Source: the human T2T-CHM13v2.0 reference genome, Homo sapiens
Strand: one strand, 5' to 3'
DNA length: 64,000 bases
NCBI RefSeq assembly: GCF_009914755.1
Contig: NC_060930.1
Shown here: positions 63,150 through 64,000 of the stretch, one piece after another
Position numbering within the stretch: position 1 is the first letter of the stretch
How the letters are laid out: the number at the start of each line of letters is the position of its first letter
Notes under the pieces: model-generated
What the model was told of the DNA's origin: nothing
What the model saw: the letters and a program-made list of their open reading frames with translations, nothing else
Database searches by the model: none
Made by a program: the position numbers and the translations under genes

Positions 63150-64000
63150 AAAGGCTCAGGTCATGATGGAGTAATTGACAAAGATTAGATTTCCTACTAT
63201 AAACAAGCATAAAACTTGTGAAAATATATAAAGCCACTGTTTTATGTATGTCAGGTTTTGACTAATACTCATGTAAGACTGAGATCCTTGAGAGAAGGGA
63301 AAACCCCACTGTCACTGTCTCTACCCAGGGCACTTCCCAAACTGTGTTATGGAGAGGCAGAGCCTAAGCTGGAAACAGTGGTCTCAGTGATCTGAAGAAG
63401 CAGAGAATTTGGGGCTTCTGAGATGGCTGGAGTTTGTGGGGCAGAATAAGGGGGAGAAGAAAAAAAGAGCTCCAGAAATCTGCAAAAGGTTCCCCTTAAG
63501 TCTTTGATCAAATACTAAGCTTGTAGATAACAGCTTACAAGGCCTAGTAGAAAAGAGCTGCAAAGGAGAGGTGAACTGGAGATTTTATAGATTACTAGGA
63601 GATAAAAGTTCTGGACAAGCGAGTGGAAACCTTACTGAACTCCTTGGACACTCCATTGACATCTCAGAAAGACCACAGTTTAGGGGTAGGGCCAAAGCCA
63701 TAGAGTAAAAGCTACTCTAGACCCAAACTAATAAGCTTAAAAACAAGCCTCAAAAGGATCAAGGTGATTTGCCAGTATTTTGACTGCTTGTGGAAACAAA
63801 ACTCAATATATTCTCTAAAGATAATAAAATCTCTATGTCCAGTTATGTAGCAACTATAATGTTCAGCATGCAATGAGAACTTTCTAGATACACAAAGAAT
63901 TAGGAAAATATAGCTTACAACCAGGGTGGAAAAAAACCACAACAGTCAACAGACCCTGCAATACTAGAATTATCAGATGAGGATCTTAAAGGCTCTATTT
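63150..64000 (+). mobile_element. Probable ancient L1M fragment
   Basis: A-rich; actagaattatcagat...ttaaa resembles old L1 5'/ORF1 sequence. Confidence 0.4.

Overview
Human (primate) genomic DNA, recognisable as the WTAP-ACAT2 locus (6q25.3, upstream of SOD2; locus identity comes from recognising the proteins, not from a database search). From left to right: (1) a decayed primate L1PA (end of ORF1, broken ORF2, 3'UTR; + strand, 1-4112) abutting a lone Alu right arm; (2) a processed hnRNP H pseudogene on the - strand (~4310-7745) whose diagnostic residues match HNRNPH2, and whose Gly/Tyr-rich C-terminal codons have expanded into a ~1.9-kb, 42-bp-unit minisatellite; (3) Alu/L1M/LTR/DNA-transposon-rich intergenic DNA; (4) the complete WTAP gene (CpG island ~20.3-21.7 kb, 7 coding exons, 396 aa, plus intron-6 short isoforms); (5) the ACAT2 CpG-island promoter and coding exons 1-4. 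Most ORFs in the supplied track are Alu or GC-rich artefacts. I see no wholly new biological system. The most unusual object is the pseudogene-born minisatellite: most units match the PRDM9 13-mer CCNCCNTNNCCNC on the + strand, carry a GTGAGT splice-donor hexamer on the - strand, and keep a GY-rich reading frame. Repeat boundaries and subfamilies were assigned by eye and are approximate.
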